A DNA stretch of 64,000 bases, from the NCBI GenBank assembly GCA_038235165.1, contig JBBSUG010000024.1:2430-66429 (forward strand), given 5' to 3'. How positions within the stretch are numbered: position 1 is the first letter of the stretch; each line of letters starts with the position of its first letter. The notes beneath the pieces are model-generated. The model saw nothing but the letters and a program-made list of their open reading frames with translations. It was not told the origin of the DNA and made no database searches. Positions 51,889 to 61,032 of this stretch are shown one piece after another. Origin of the DNA: Pyrinomonadales bacterium (GTDB taxonomy: Bacteria; Acidobacteriota; Blastocatellia; Pyrinomonadales; Pyrinomonadaceae). The position numbers and the translations under genes were made by a program.

Positions 51889-53898
51889 TTGACAATTGCG
51901 TTAGCGGGGAATCCGAACGCCGGTAAAACCACTCTTTTTAATGCTTTGACCGGAATGCGCCAGAAAGTCGCCAATTATTCCGGCGTAACGGTCGAACGCA
52001 AGGAAGGCTTTTGGCGATTAAACGGCAGCGGTGACGCGGCACGGCTGGTTGATTTGCCCGGACTTTACAGTCTTGATGCAACCTCGCTCGATGAACAGAT
52101 TGCCAGCGACGTGCTGCTCGGAAAAGTCGCTGATTTACCGAAACCTGATGCGCTCGTCGCCGTCGTTGACGCAACTAATCTCGAACGAAATCTCTATCTT
52201 GTCACCCAGCTCTTAGAGTTCAAAATCCCTGTCATTATTGCTTTGACGATGGTTGACACCGCCGAAAAACAGAGCCTCGAAATTGACACCGACAAACTTT
52301 CGCGCCTGCTGCAAATTCCGGTCGTCCGCATCAAAGCGACACAAAAACAGGGCATTCAAGAGTTAGCCGAAAAGGTTCTTCTCGCCGCCAAAACTGAAGC
52401 GACACCGAACTTTGTCTGGCTTTCCGACGCTGGTTTTACCAATAATATCGGCGATGAAGATATTCATCTAAGCCTTTCTGATGACAAAATCACCAACAAG
52501 AAAATCTTCGCCCGCTATAATTTTATTTCCGACGTTTATCAAGAATCAGTCAAACCGAAAAATACCGCTGAACGCAGTTTTTCCGAAAAAATTGACAGCG
52601 TTTTGACGCACAAATTTTTCGGTTTGATAATTTTGGTCGGAATTCTGCTGCTTGTTTTTCAAACGATTTTTTCGTGGGCAAATCTGCCGATGGATTTGCT
52701 CGACAAAGGTTTTGGCGCATTGGGCGATTTTGTTCACGCTGAAATGCCTGCGGGAATTTTGACCGACTTGCTAGTTGACGGCGTGATCGCCGGAGTCGGC
52801 GGCGTGGTCGTTTTTCTGCCGCAGATTTTGCTCCTGTTTTTGTTTCTTTCAATTTTGGAAGACACCGGATATATGGCGCGGGCAGCGTTTTTACTTGATA
52901 AACTGATGTCGCGCGTCGGTTTGCACGGCAAAGCGTTTCTGCCGCTGCTGTCGAGTTTTGCGTGTGCGATTCCGGGAATTATGGCGACACGGACGATTGA
53001 GAATCCGAAAGACCGTGTGGCAACGATTATGATCGCGCCGTTTATGAGCTGTTCGGCGCGACTGCCGGTTTATACTTTGATGATCGCCGCGTTTTTCGCC
53101 GGACAAACAATTTTCGGCTTTATTTCGCTCGGCGCAGTTTTGATTTTAGCGATGTACGCGCTCGGCATTTTCGTCGCCGTAATCGTCGCATTCATTTTGA
53201 AGCGGACGATTTTGAAATCGCCGACACCGCCGTTCGTGATGGAACTTCCGCCGTATCGTCTGCCGAATTTTCGCACCGTTTTTCAAAATATGTTCATCCG
53301 CGCCGGTCTTTTTCTCAAACGTGCCGGCACGGTAATTTTAGCGATTTCGATTATTTTGTGGGCATTGACTTATTTTCCGCGAAGTGCGGAAACAGTTCAA
53401 AGTCCAGCATCGAATGTCCAAAGTCAAGAACAAGTTAAAGCAGAAGGAGGAACGAGCGACGACGAAGGGCAGCAATTACAGCACAGTTACGCCGGAAAAC
53501 TTGGTCACGCCATTGAGCCTGTCATTCAGCCGCTCGGTTTTGACTGGAAAATCGGCGTGGCGTTAATCGCTTCGTTTGCGGCGCGTGAAGTTTTGGTTTC
53601 GACCTTGAGCATTATTTATAATGTCGGCAAGGATTCAGATGCGGAAAGTCCGTCATTGATTTCTGCCGTCCGTGACGCGAAAAAGGACGACGGAACACCG
53701 GCTTGGACACCTTTGACGGCGTTGACGCTGATGGTTTTTTTCGTGCTGGCGATGCAGTGTATGTCAACCGTCGCGGTAGTGCGGCGCGAAACGAATTCGT
53801 GGTGGTGGGCGTTGTTTATGGTCGGTTATATGACCGGCTTGGCATATCTGGCAGCATTTTTAACGTATCAAGGCGGCAGACTTCTGGGTTTTGGATAG
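51889..53898 (+). CDS. feoB: Ferrous iron transporter B (start uncertain: TTG 51889 or ATG 51790)
   Basis: G-domain IALAGNPNAGKTTLFNALTG, DLPG, and a polytopic membrane domain. The 33 codons between 51790 and 51888 are made of tandem repeat DNA. Confidence 0.9.
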   Translation: MTIALAGNPNAGKTTLFNALTGMRQKVANYSGVTVERKEGFWRLNGSGDAARLVDLPGLYSLDATSLDEQIASDVLLGKVADLPKPDALVAVVDATNLERNLYLVTQLLEFKIPVIIALTMVDTAEKQSLEIDTDKLSRLLQIPVVRIKATQKQGIQELAEKVLLAAKTEATPNFVWLSDAGFTNNIGDEDIHLSLSDDKITNKKIFARYNFISDVYQESVKPKNTAERSFSEKIDSVLTHKFFGLIILVGILLLVFQTIFSWANLPMDLLDKGFGALGDFVHAEMPAGILTDLLVDGVIAGVGGVVVFLPQILLLFLFLSILEDTGYMARAAFLLDKLMSRVGLHGKAFLPLLSSFACAIPGIMATRTIENPKDRVATIMIAPFMSCSARLPVYTLMIAAFFAGQTIFGFISLGAVLILAMYALGIFVAVIVAFILKRTILKSPTPPFVMELPPYRLPNFRTVFQNMFIRAGLFLKRAGTVILAISIILWALTYFPRSAETVQSPASNVQSQEQVKAEGGTSDDEGQQLQHSYAGKLGHAIEPVIQPLGFDWKIGVALIASFAAREVLVSTLSIIYNVGKDSDAESPSLISAVRDAKKDDGTPAWTPLTALTLMVFFVLAMQCMSTVAVVRRETNSWWWALFMVGYMTGLAYLAAFLTYQGGRLLGFG

Positions 53899-53901
53899 AT
53901 T

Positions 53902-54063
53902 ATGAACTGGCAAATTTTAATAGTCGCAATAATAATTTTAGGTGCGTTACTCTACGTTGGGAAAAATGTTTGGAACAAAGCCAAATCTTTCACCGGCAAA
54001 TCTTCCTGCGGTACGGGTGATTGCGGATGCGGAACAAAATCACCGGGCGCAAAGCCGCTGTGA
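53902..54063 (+). CDS. FeoB-associated Cys-rich small membrane protein
   Basis: My own translation: MNWQILIVAIIILGALLYVGKNVWNKAKSFTGKSSCGTGDCGCGTKSPGAKPL. TM segment plus CGxGxCGCG, 3 nt after feoB. Confidence 0.6.
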   Translation: MNWQILIVAIIILGALLYVGKNVWNKAKSFTGKSSCGTGDCGCGTKSPGAKPL

Positions 54064-54226
54064 ATGAAACGCGAAGTTTAATTAGTGTTACCGATCAACC
54101 GGATTGCTCGAAACATCAGTGTTTCGAACAGAATCTCCTCTTTTCAATTCACTATTTACGCTCTTCCGGCTTGCCAACATACCTAAAAAAACGTTAGCCT
54201 CTAAGCAAATTCAAAAAGGAGAATGA

Positions 54227-55135
54227 ATGATGTTCAAAAAAATAAAATTTAATAATTTCGCGTGGTTGTTTTTGTTGGTTTTTGCCGCCTTCAGTTTGGC
54301 TTGTCAGCAGCCCGTGACGAATGGCAATTTGACGGTGATGAATACGAATCTAAATTCTAATGCTAATCCAAACTCAAACGTCAATATCACTACGAATTCC
54401 GCCAACGTCAATGTTTCTAATACAAATATGATGAATGAAACAGGTGCGGCGATTGAAGCAAAAGAACCCGATCAGTATCAGGCGGATATTTCGCTTCGGC
54501 TGGAAACTTCCGGCGATCAAAAAATGACGATGCCGCCGCTCAAAGCGCAGGTTGCCCGCAACGGGGCAAATCGGCGGTTGGAAATTACTGCCCCGAACGG
54601 CGAAAAAGTTATTTATCTGGAAACTGACGGGAAAAATTTTATAATCGCTCCGCAACGCAAACAATACGGAGAGTTGAACAAAGAATCAATGGGTTTTAAT
54701 ATTCAAAATTTGTTGATGCCCGACCAAATTATCAAGCAAATTGAAAATATGAAAGGCGTGGAAAAAGTCGGCGAAGAGAAAGTTGACGGGCGCGACGCGA
54801 TCAAATATCGTTACGGCACGACGACCAACACGCAGACCAAAGCCGGTAACGTTAACACCGAATCATTTATTTTTGTTGACAAAGAAACGGGTTTACCGCT
54901 GCGTTCATTCACTAATTCGCAGTCACAGAACGGCAATGTGCAGGGAGTCAGCGGCATAAATTTGGTGACGGAAATGAGCAACATTCGCACTACCGCCGAA
55001 GAAAGTTTGTTCGCCGTCCCGACCGATTTCAAAAAAGTAGAACCCGAACAAATCAAACAACAAGTAAATCAGCTTTTAAGTTTGGCAACGGCTGTCATCG
55101 GTCAGTTGATGAAAAGCTCGCAACCTGCACCGTAA
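54227..55135 (+). CDS. Lipoprotein, hypothetical
   Basis: Lipobox FSLAC and an Asn-rich linker. No family recognised. Confidence 0.6.
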   Translation: MMFKKIKFNNFAWLFLLVFAAFSLACQQPVTNGNLTVMNTNLNSNANPNSNVNITTNSANVNVSNTNMMNETGAAIEAKEPDQYQADISLRLETSGDQKMTMPPLKAQVARNGANRRLEITAPNGEKVIYLETDGKNFIIAPQRKQYGELNKESMGFNIQNLLMPDQIIKQIENMKGVEKVGEEKVDGRDAIKYRYGTTTNTQTKAGNVNTESFIFVDKETGLPLRSFTNSQSQNGNVQGVSGINLVTEMSNIRTTAEESLFAVPTDFKKVEPEQIKQQVNQLLSLATAVIGQLMKSSQPAP

Positions 55136-55143
55136 ACGGGTTT

Positions 55144-55193
55144 CAGGTTCAAGGTTCAAGGTTAATGACTAAAAACCTTGAACCTTGAACCTG
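55144..55193. terminator. Bidirectional terminator hairpin (20-bp perfect stem)
   Basis: CAGGTTCAAGGTTCAAGGTT pairs with AACCTTGAACCTTGAACCTG. The arms are tandem CAAGGTT heptamers. Confidence 0.75.
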
Positions 55194-55205
55194 AAAACTT
55201 GAACC

Positions 55206-56390
55206 TCATCGGGCGAGGCGGATACCGGTAAATTGCCAACGCAGGGGCGCGTGAAAAAAATTACGATAGGTCTTACGGCTGTGATTTGGCGAAGTCGCCA
55301 CGCTTGCGCCGCGCAGAACCATCTGATTGATCATAAACTTGCCGTTGTATTCGCCGACCGCACCTTCGGGTTTCGAGAAATTCGGATACGGCAGATACGC
55401 CGAATTCGTCCATTCCCAACGCAGTCCCCAATCAAATTTATTTGATGCCGATTCCCATTCAAATTCGGTTGGCAATCTCATTTTTTTCCATTCGGCGAAT
55501 GCGCTTGCTTCGTAAAAAGAAACGTGGCAAACCGCATTTTCGGGACGGACTTTTCGCAAGCCTCCGAGCGTGAAATTCATCCAATCTTTATCAATTTTCT
55601 GCCAGTAGAGCGGTGCGGTTATTTCGTTGTTTTTAACCCAGTCAAGTCCTTCGGCGTGCCACAATAAATGGTTTGCGTAACCGCCGTCTTCGATAAATTC
55701 GATAAACTCGCCATTTGTGACGAGATTTTTGCTGATTTGAAAATCTTCGAGATAAACTTTGTGTCGTCCGAGTTCGTTGTCGAAGTGAAAACCTTCACCG
55801 ACAAAACCAATCTCGTGAATGCCGCCTTCGATGTCGGCAAAGCCTTTTTCACCAATCTCCCCTTTCTCAACCAATGCGAAATTTTCTTTGTAAACCGGAA
55901 AAGTCGGGTTAACACTGAATGTATATTTCAAGTCAGTAATAAGCAATTCCTGATGCTGCTGTTCGTGATTAAGACCTAAAACGAGCAGTTCGCGCACTTC
56001 ATCCGTCAACTCACCTTTCAAGAACTCGCGCATTTTCGCGTCAACATATTGGCGATATTCAAAAACTCGTGCGACCGTCGGACGTGCCAAATCGCCGCGA
56101 TGATCGCGCAGTGTGCGTTCGCCGACCGAATTGTAATAACTATTGAACAGAAAACCGAATTGCGCGTCGAATTCTTTGTAATCCGGCGCAAATTTTTTGA
56201 GAATCATCTCTTCAAAAAACCAGGTCGTGTGTGCGACATTCCACTTCGGCGGCGAAACATCAACGACCGGCTGCGGAATATAATCTTCCACCTCTAGCGG
56301 TTCGCAAATTTCTTCGGTGTAGTTGCGAACGTAAGAATAAAGCGTTTCCATTTCCTGCGGCGTGATTTTTTGTGTTTGTGTTCCCTGCAT
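55206..56390 (-). CDS. egtB: EgtB-like sulfoxide synthase (DinB_2 plus FGE-sulfatase domains)
   Basis: Iron-binding HEQQHQELL, and a C-terminal FGE-like WEWTNSAYLPYPNF and RGASVATS. 394 aa, the short-form size. Confidence 0.75.
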   Translation of the reverse strand: MQGTQTQKITPQEMETLYSYVRNYTEEICEPLEVEDYIPQPVVDVSPPKWNVAHTTWFFEEMILKKFAPDYKEFDAQFGFLFNSYYNSVGERTLRDHRGDLARPTVARVFEYRQYVDAKMREFLKGELTDEVRELLVLGLNHEQQHQELLITDLKYTFSVNPTFPVYKENFALVEKGEIGEKGFADIEGGIHEIGFVGEGFHFDNELGRHKVYLEDFQISKNLVTNGEFIEFIEDGGYANHLLWHAEGLDWVKNNEITAPLYWQKIDKDWMNFTLGGLRKVRPENAVCHVSFYEASAFAEWKKMRLPTEFEWESASNKFDWGLRWEWTNSAYLPYPNFSKPEGAVGEYNGKFMINQMVLRGASVATSPNHSRKTYRNFFHAPLRWQFTGIRLAR

Positions 56391-56559
56391 ATAACTCTAT
56401 TTAACCAAAAAACAGAGCGAAAATAAAATCAAAACGGGCAATGCAGCTGTCTAGCTTGCCGTTTGGTGATTATTTTGCCTGTCGGCTTCTTGATTAAAGT
56501 TTATGTTTTGGTAAGTGCAAAAGCGAGACACTTTTGCTGCGGCAGTCAGGACGATTGGA

Positions 56560-57522
56560 TTATTTTTTTTGCCGCAGATATTGCACGAATTGAATTTCTC
56601 TGACAGATTCTTTAGCAATTCTCGCCAGATAATAATCTTCGTCATTCAAATACGACTGTAAAACAGTGATTGCCGATTCTTCGCCGATTGTGCCGAGCGC
56701 AAATGCAGCTTCGCGTTTTGTGTCCGCAGATTCACGGTCGTTTTGCAGCGTTTTAATCAACGTATTGTTGGCATTGATAAAAATCGGTATATTCCGCGAT
56801 AAAAAAAGAAAATTCGGCGGTGTGAAGTTTACATATTTATCGGGCAGAAAATCGTTTGGCGTGAGGACTTGTATCTTACCGGTTTGAATAATTTGCGCGA
56901 TTTGACCGATGGAACGTGCCGCGCTGCGCCGCATAAATTCGTCGCCGTCGTTATCTTTTTTCGGCTTGCGCTGCAAAATTTGGATCAAAATATCAATCGC
57001 CGCCGCATCGCCGATTTCGCCGAGCGCGACAACCGCCGCGTTTTTCACTTCCACGCTTTTATCTCTTTGAAAAACCAGCGACAGCGGCGCAATTGCGTTA
57101 AGATTGCGAACTTTGCCGAGCGCGTAAGCCGTTTCGCGCCTGACGAGTCCTTTTTTATCGCCCAACAGCGGCAGCAAAAGCTGCAACGCCTCATCTTTCG
57201 GCAAAGATATGACGGAAAACGCGGCGGTTGCACGAACAATTTCCGATGAATCGAGCAGTGCCGGAATTGCCGCGCGCGAAGCTGTTTCGCTTTCCAAATT
57301 TCTTATTTGAAAGAGTGCGGTTCGTTTTTGTTCGACATTTCCGCGATTGATAACTTCGGCGTAAGTTTCAAAGTTGTTTTGAGCAAAAGAATGCCCAACA
57401 AAAACGCAGGACAAAAAACAGCACCAAAAAAAGTACTTAAATTTCGTAACTCGCAGTTCGTGATTCGTAGTTGAGTTTTTCAAGCGGCACGTTGGACGTT
57501 CTGCCGCCGAACTTTTTCCCAT
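56560..57522 (-). CDS. HEAT-repeat protein (secreted or anchored)
   Basis: Repeated xxVRxxAAxALGxIGDxxAIxxL motifs. Start uncertain: the only ATG overlaps the upstream ORF. Confidence 0.65.
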   Translation of the reverse strand: MGKSSAAERPTCRLKNSTTNHELRVTKFKYFFWCCFLSCVFVGHSFAQNNFETYAEVINRGNVEQKRTALFQIRNLESETASRAAIPALLDSSEIVRATAAFSVISLPKDEALQLLLPLLGDKKGLVRRETAYALGKVRNLNAIAPLSLVFQRDKSVEVKNAAVVALGEIGDAAAIDILIQILQRKPKKDNDGDEFMRRSAARSIGQIAQIIQTGKIQVLTPNDFLPDKYVNFTPPNFLFLSRNIPIFINANNTLIKTLQNDRESADTKREAAFALGTIGEESAITVLQSYLNDEDYYLARIAKESVREIQFVQYLRQKK

Positions 57523-57722
57523 TCAAACACCTGACGCGCCCGCCTGTTTTCGTAAGTATCCGACAGCGACATGATTACGTCGTCATTGTTAATCAAATTT
57601 TCCTGCTGTTTCGAGAGGCGTTTTGAAAGAATTTGGGATATGTAGTTTGCCACTGCCAGAGTTTCCGGCTCGCTCAGTTTATCAATTTCGCCGACGATAT
57701 TATGTTTTGCTTGTTTGACCAT
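57480..57722 (-). CDS. Small hypothetical protein
   Basis: GGAGG Shine-Dalgarno sequence before the ATG at 57722 (MVKQAKHNIV...). Confidence 0.45.
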   Translation of the reverse strand: MVKQAKHNIVGEIDKLSEPETLAVANYISQILSKRLSKQQENLINNDDVIMSLSDTYENRRARQVFEWEKVRRQNVQRAA

Positions 57723-57905
57723 TTTTCCTGCCTCCAATTTTTCGGGCAGACAGTCACACAACAAACTAAAATACTAAGTTTCGACTGTCTGCAAAATTGT
57801 TTTTCTCATCATTAATTTTTGGTAAATTTCTTCAACTTTTAATGTAAAGTTAAAACGAGATTACCACGAGTTTTGCGACAAATCAATAGGATTTCTCAAT
57901 CAACC

Positions 57906-58139
57906 GGAGTGCGGAAGTCTCGTCCGCTTCGACGCCGGCGCAGCAAAGCGTTGAATACGTTTCTCAATGTAAAATTTAACTGTCAATCACGATATGGCGG
58001 ATTATGAGTGCGTTTGATTACTTGAAATTTACCGGTAATGACGTTGTGGTGAGGCATTGAATGCGCTTGTTTGTTCGTATTTTTTGAGAACGCTTCCAAC
58101 TTCGCTGCGCTGGTTGGGCGGACGAGACTTCCGCGTTCC
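57906..58139. repeat. REPIN-like doublet A: two inverted copies of a ~50-nt two-hairpin unit around a ~130-bp AT-rich spacer
   Basis: Core GGAGTGCGGAAGTCTCGTCCGC (57906-57927) and its reverse complement GCGGACGAGACTTCCGCGTTCC (58118-58139). Confidence 0.75.
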
Positions 58140-58146
58140 TTTTGAA

Positions 58147-59181
58147 TTATTGTTTCTTAATTCTAATTGCGCCGCTGACGGTGGAAAGTTTGAGTGCCGC
58201 GTCGCCGCCGCCCATTTGAGCGGAAAGGGTCTGCACTCTCGACGGCACATTTCGCTCGACGTTTTGCATCGGGATTTCTGAATTGAACGCGCCGAAACCG
58301 TATGACGCGAGTATTTTGAGCGATGAATTCAGCGGGATTGATAAATTAATCGAACCGTTCGACGTGCCGAAACTGTATTGACCACCGTTCAAAAAACTTC
58401 CGTTGAAATTGATCGAACCCGTGTTTGAAGCGACATCTATCTGCCGCTGTCCGATGTTTTTGAGCGTGATCGCCCCGTTGCTGGTTTTCGCTTTGAAAAT
58501 GTCGCCGATGTCGCCCGGACTGACATCAAAGGCGATGATGTTGCCGGTCGTGCTTTGCAGCGACATCGTGCCGCTCGATTGTTCGACCGTCACGTTGCCT
58601 TCATAGGTTCTGGCTTCGATGCCGCGCGAGATACGGTTGAAAAACATATCGCCGCTGTCATTTTCAACCGTCACTTTCGCCACCGAATCAATAATCATCT
58701 CGTTGACTTTGCTTTTGATGTTGACGACGGCATTGCGCGGCACGTCAATTTCAATTGTATCGCCCGCTAAACATTCATCGGGATTATTTTCTTTGTTCGC
58801 CGACGGATCGAAACCGAGAACTTTGATCCAAATCGGGGCGGTATTTTCCTTGCCTTTTTCGACAATCGTAAAACCGACCTGACTGCCGCCGCTGACGTAG
58901 GCGCGAACTTCACGGCGATCCCAGCCGTTGATTTTGAGACTTCCTTCAGCGACGCATAGCGAGATATTGACATTTTCGCTGACCGCGATAGACTTTTCGG
59001 CGGGCGTGTCGCCTTCGTTGCTGACACGGTTGGCGTTTTTCCAAACCGGCTTTGAAGTTTCAATTTTAAGCGGAACTTTAGACGGCAAAGTCTGACTGAA
59101 AACAATGGAAAAAGACGCAAATGTTAAAAGTAAAATTGCCGAAAAACTAAACTTCAATGAGATTGTGTTGTTACGATTCAT
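58147..59181 (-). CDS. DUF4097-type putative adhesin / beta-helix protein
   Basis: Signal peptide and repeated GxIxV/GDI beta-strand motifs (SGDMFFN, EGNVTVE, TGNIIAF, NGAITLK, TGSINFN, NGSINLS). Confidence 0.7.
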   Translation of the reverse strand: MNRNNTISLKFSFSAILLLTFASFSIVFSQTLPSKVPLKIETSKPVWKNANRVSNEGDTPAEKSIAVSENVNISLCVAEGSLKINGWDRREVRAYVSGGSQVGFTIVEKGKENTAPIWIKVLGFDPSANKENNPDECLAGDTIEIDVPRNAVVNIKSKVNEMIIDSVAKVTVENDSGDMFFNRISRGIEARTYEGNVTVEQSSGTMSLQSTTGNIIAFDVSPGDIGDIFKAKTSNGAITLKNIGQRQIDVASNTGSINFNGSFLNGGQYSFGTSNGSINLSIPLNSSLKILASYGFGAFNSEIPMQNVERNVPSRVQTLSAQMGGGDAALKLSTVSGAIRIKKQ

Positions 59182-59200
59182 CTTTACTTTTTTTACTCTT

Positions 59201-60127
59201 TCACTTTAAGCTCGCCATCAACTCCGATTTTTCCGTGACGGAATTGAGCAGATCAATTTTATTTTGATACGACGTGCGAAGCATTTCTTTGGCAGATTCG
59301 TCCTTCGGGTTTTTCCTGACTTCCACCTGCATTTTGCCGATGGCATCGTTAATTACCGCCAAATCTTTCTCGAAGGCAAACCGCGCCGATGGCTTTAACG
59401 TCTCGTCTTTTTTGATGTCAACCGTTTTCGTCAGCGACGCAATCGTCTTCAAATAGCTGTCTTCGCCGGACAATGCGTTGGTCGGCATTCGTAATTCTTT
59501 GTTATTAACTTTTAATTCGTTGTTAGTTTCAAAGTTTGGTATTGCAAATTTTAATTTCGGCTGTTCGGTTACTTTTTTTAGTTTCTTCGTTTTTCCCAAA
59601 GACGTTTTTGTGACTTTATAATCATTTTTATTCTCAACCGCTACAGCTGTTTCTATTGCAGGCAATTCATCAATCAGCGGATTTTGTTCGATATTTATGC
59701 TTGGTTCGATGACGGGCAGCCCTACATTTCGATTAATTGAATCATTCTGCGCGACGGAAGGACTAAGATTTTCCGCGTGGCGCAAAGTTGTCACCGCTGC
59801 GAAAAGTCCGAACATAATTAATAAACTCGCCAGCGCGAGGGAAGTCGGGGCTGAGAGAAAAGCGATAACTCTCTGCCAAAACGAGCTTTGCCTTTGTTCA
59901 ATCGAATCGTTAATTTTCAGCCACAGCCGCTGTGTCGGGACGAGCATGTTCAGTTCGTTTTCCAAAGCCGAAAAAGCAATTGCCGTTTCGTCTTCCGCTT
60001 CGGCGAGTGAGAGCGCACAAGCGTCGCAGTCGGCGATGTGCCGCGCGACGTTTTCCGTCACGTCGGCGGCGAGTTCGCCGTCTAAAAATGCTTGAATTGT
60101 TCCGATTTCAAAACAGTTATCTCTCAT
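59201..60127 (-). CDS. Anti-sigma factor (zf-HC2 type), single TM
   Basis: N-terminal HIADCDAC motif, a central TM segment, and a 4-nt overlap with the sigma gene. Confidence 0.75.
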   Translation of the reverse strand: MRDNCFEIGTIQAFLDGELAADVTENVARHIADCDACALSLAEAEDETAIAFSALENELNMLVPTQRLWLKINDSIEQRQSSFWQRVIAFLSAPTSLALASLLIMFGLFAAVTTLRHAENLSPSVAQNDSINRNVGLPVIEPSINIEQNPLIDELPAIETAVAVENKNDYKVTKTSLGKTKKLKKVTEQPKLKFAIPNFETNNELKVNNKELRMPTNALSGEDSYLKTIASLTKTVDIKKDETLKPSARFAFEKDLAVINDAIGKMQVEVRKNPKDESAKEMLRTSYQNKIDLLNSVTEKSELMASLK

Positions 60128-60693
60128 AAAACTTTCCCGATTTTATCGTAATGCCGAACAAATTCTTTTCGCGCCCGAGCGACGAAAGTACCGATGCTCG
60201 ATTCCGTCAGCGACAGCGTTTCGGCAATTTCCCGATACGATAAGCCCTGCTGTTTCAGCACCAAACAGCTTCGCAACGGTTCTTTGATTAAACTTAATGT
60301 GCGGTGAACTTCCTTGGAAACTTCGCGCTGTTCGAGTTCTTTTTCCGCCGTTACATTCGTCACGTCGTCCGTTTCTTTGACGTAATTATCTTCGCGGGTG
60401 TTGGCTCTGATATTGCCGCGCAGTGTGTTTCGCGCCACATTTAATGCTACGCGAATCAGCCACGGGCGCAGCATTTCCTCATCCTTGATCGAATCTAAAT
60501 GATGATAAAGCCGCAAAAAAACTTCCTGCGTCACATCTTCGGCAAGCATCGCGTCGCGCACGACCGAATTCGCCGTGCGAAAAACGGTTCGATGGTGCAG
60601 CGTAAACGCCTCATCAAATACAATTTTATCTTTCGCCGTCGCTGTTGCTTGTTCGGACATCGCGTCCACAAAATTTCTCACGCCTTCATTCAT
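60124..60693 (-). CDS. ECF RNA polymerase sigma factor
   Basis: Region 2 (AEDVTQEVFLRLYHHLDS) and region 4 (LSYREIAETLSLTESSIGTFVARARKEF). Confidence 0.85.
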   Translation of the reverse strand: MNEGVRNFVDAMSEQATATAKDKIVFDEAFTLHHRTVFRTANSVVRDAMLAEDVTQEVFLRLYHHLDSIKDEEMLRPWLIRVALNVARNTLRGNIRANTREDNYVKETDDVTNVTAEKELEQREVSKEVHRTLSLIKEPLRSCLVLKQQGLSYREIAETLSLTESSIGTFVARARKEFVRHYDKIGKVL

Positions 60694-60765
60694 TTTTTAC
60701 AGCATTTTTGATGCTTCTGTGATAAATACACCGCCGATACATTTTTTGTGACAATTTTTTCATCG

Positions 60766-60993
60766 GGAGTGCGGAAGTCTCGTCCGCCAACGCCGGCGAA
60801 GCGAGGCGTTGTCTGCGTTCGCCAACAAAATCGCACCATTTATAGTGAATCGTCTCAACAAATCATTGCGTCCAAGTAGAAGTTGATACTGTTACCAAAG
60901 ATAATTTTTATACTGTCTAGCAGCGTAATTGTTGATGGAAGTTCGCAACACTTCGCTTCGCTGGAGTTGCGGCGGACGAGACTTCCGCGCTCC
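60766..60993. repeat. REPIN-like doublet B (same unit as 57906-58139)
   Basis: GGAGTGCGGAAGTCTCGTCCGC (60766-60787) and GCGGACGAGACTTCCGCGCTCC (60972-60993). Confidence 0.75.
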
Positions 60994-61032
60994 GGCTGGA
61001 ATCGTATTTGCTTAATTCCTGAATTGTTAAGA

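Noticed and set aside
54330-54440. AAT-rich repeats in the lipoprotein gene.
   Set aside because: This is an Asn-rich low-complexity linker (NTNLNSNANPNSNVN), not a discrete repeat element.
57906-60993. A CRISPR array made of the GCGGAAGTCTCGTCCGC repeats.
   Set aside because: There are only four copies, arranged as two inverted pairs 2.6 kb apart with protein genes in between. There is no direct-repeat/spacer periodicity and there are no cas genes.
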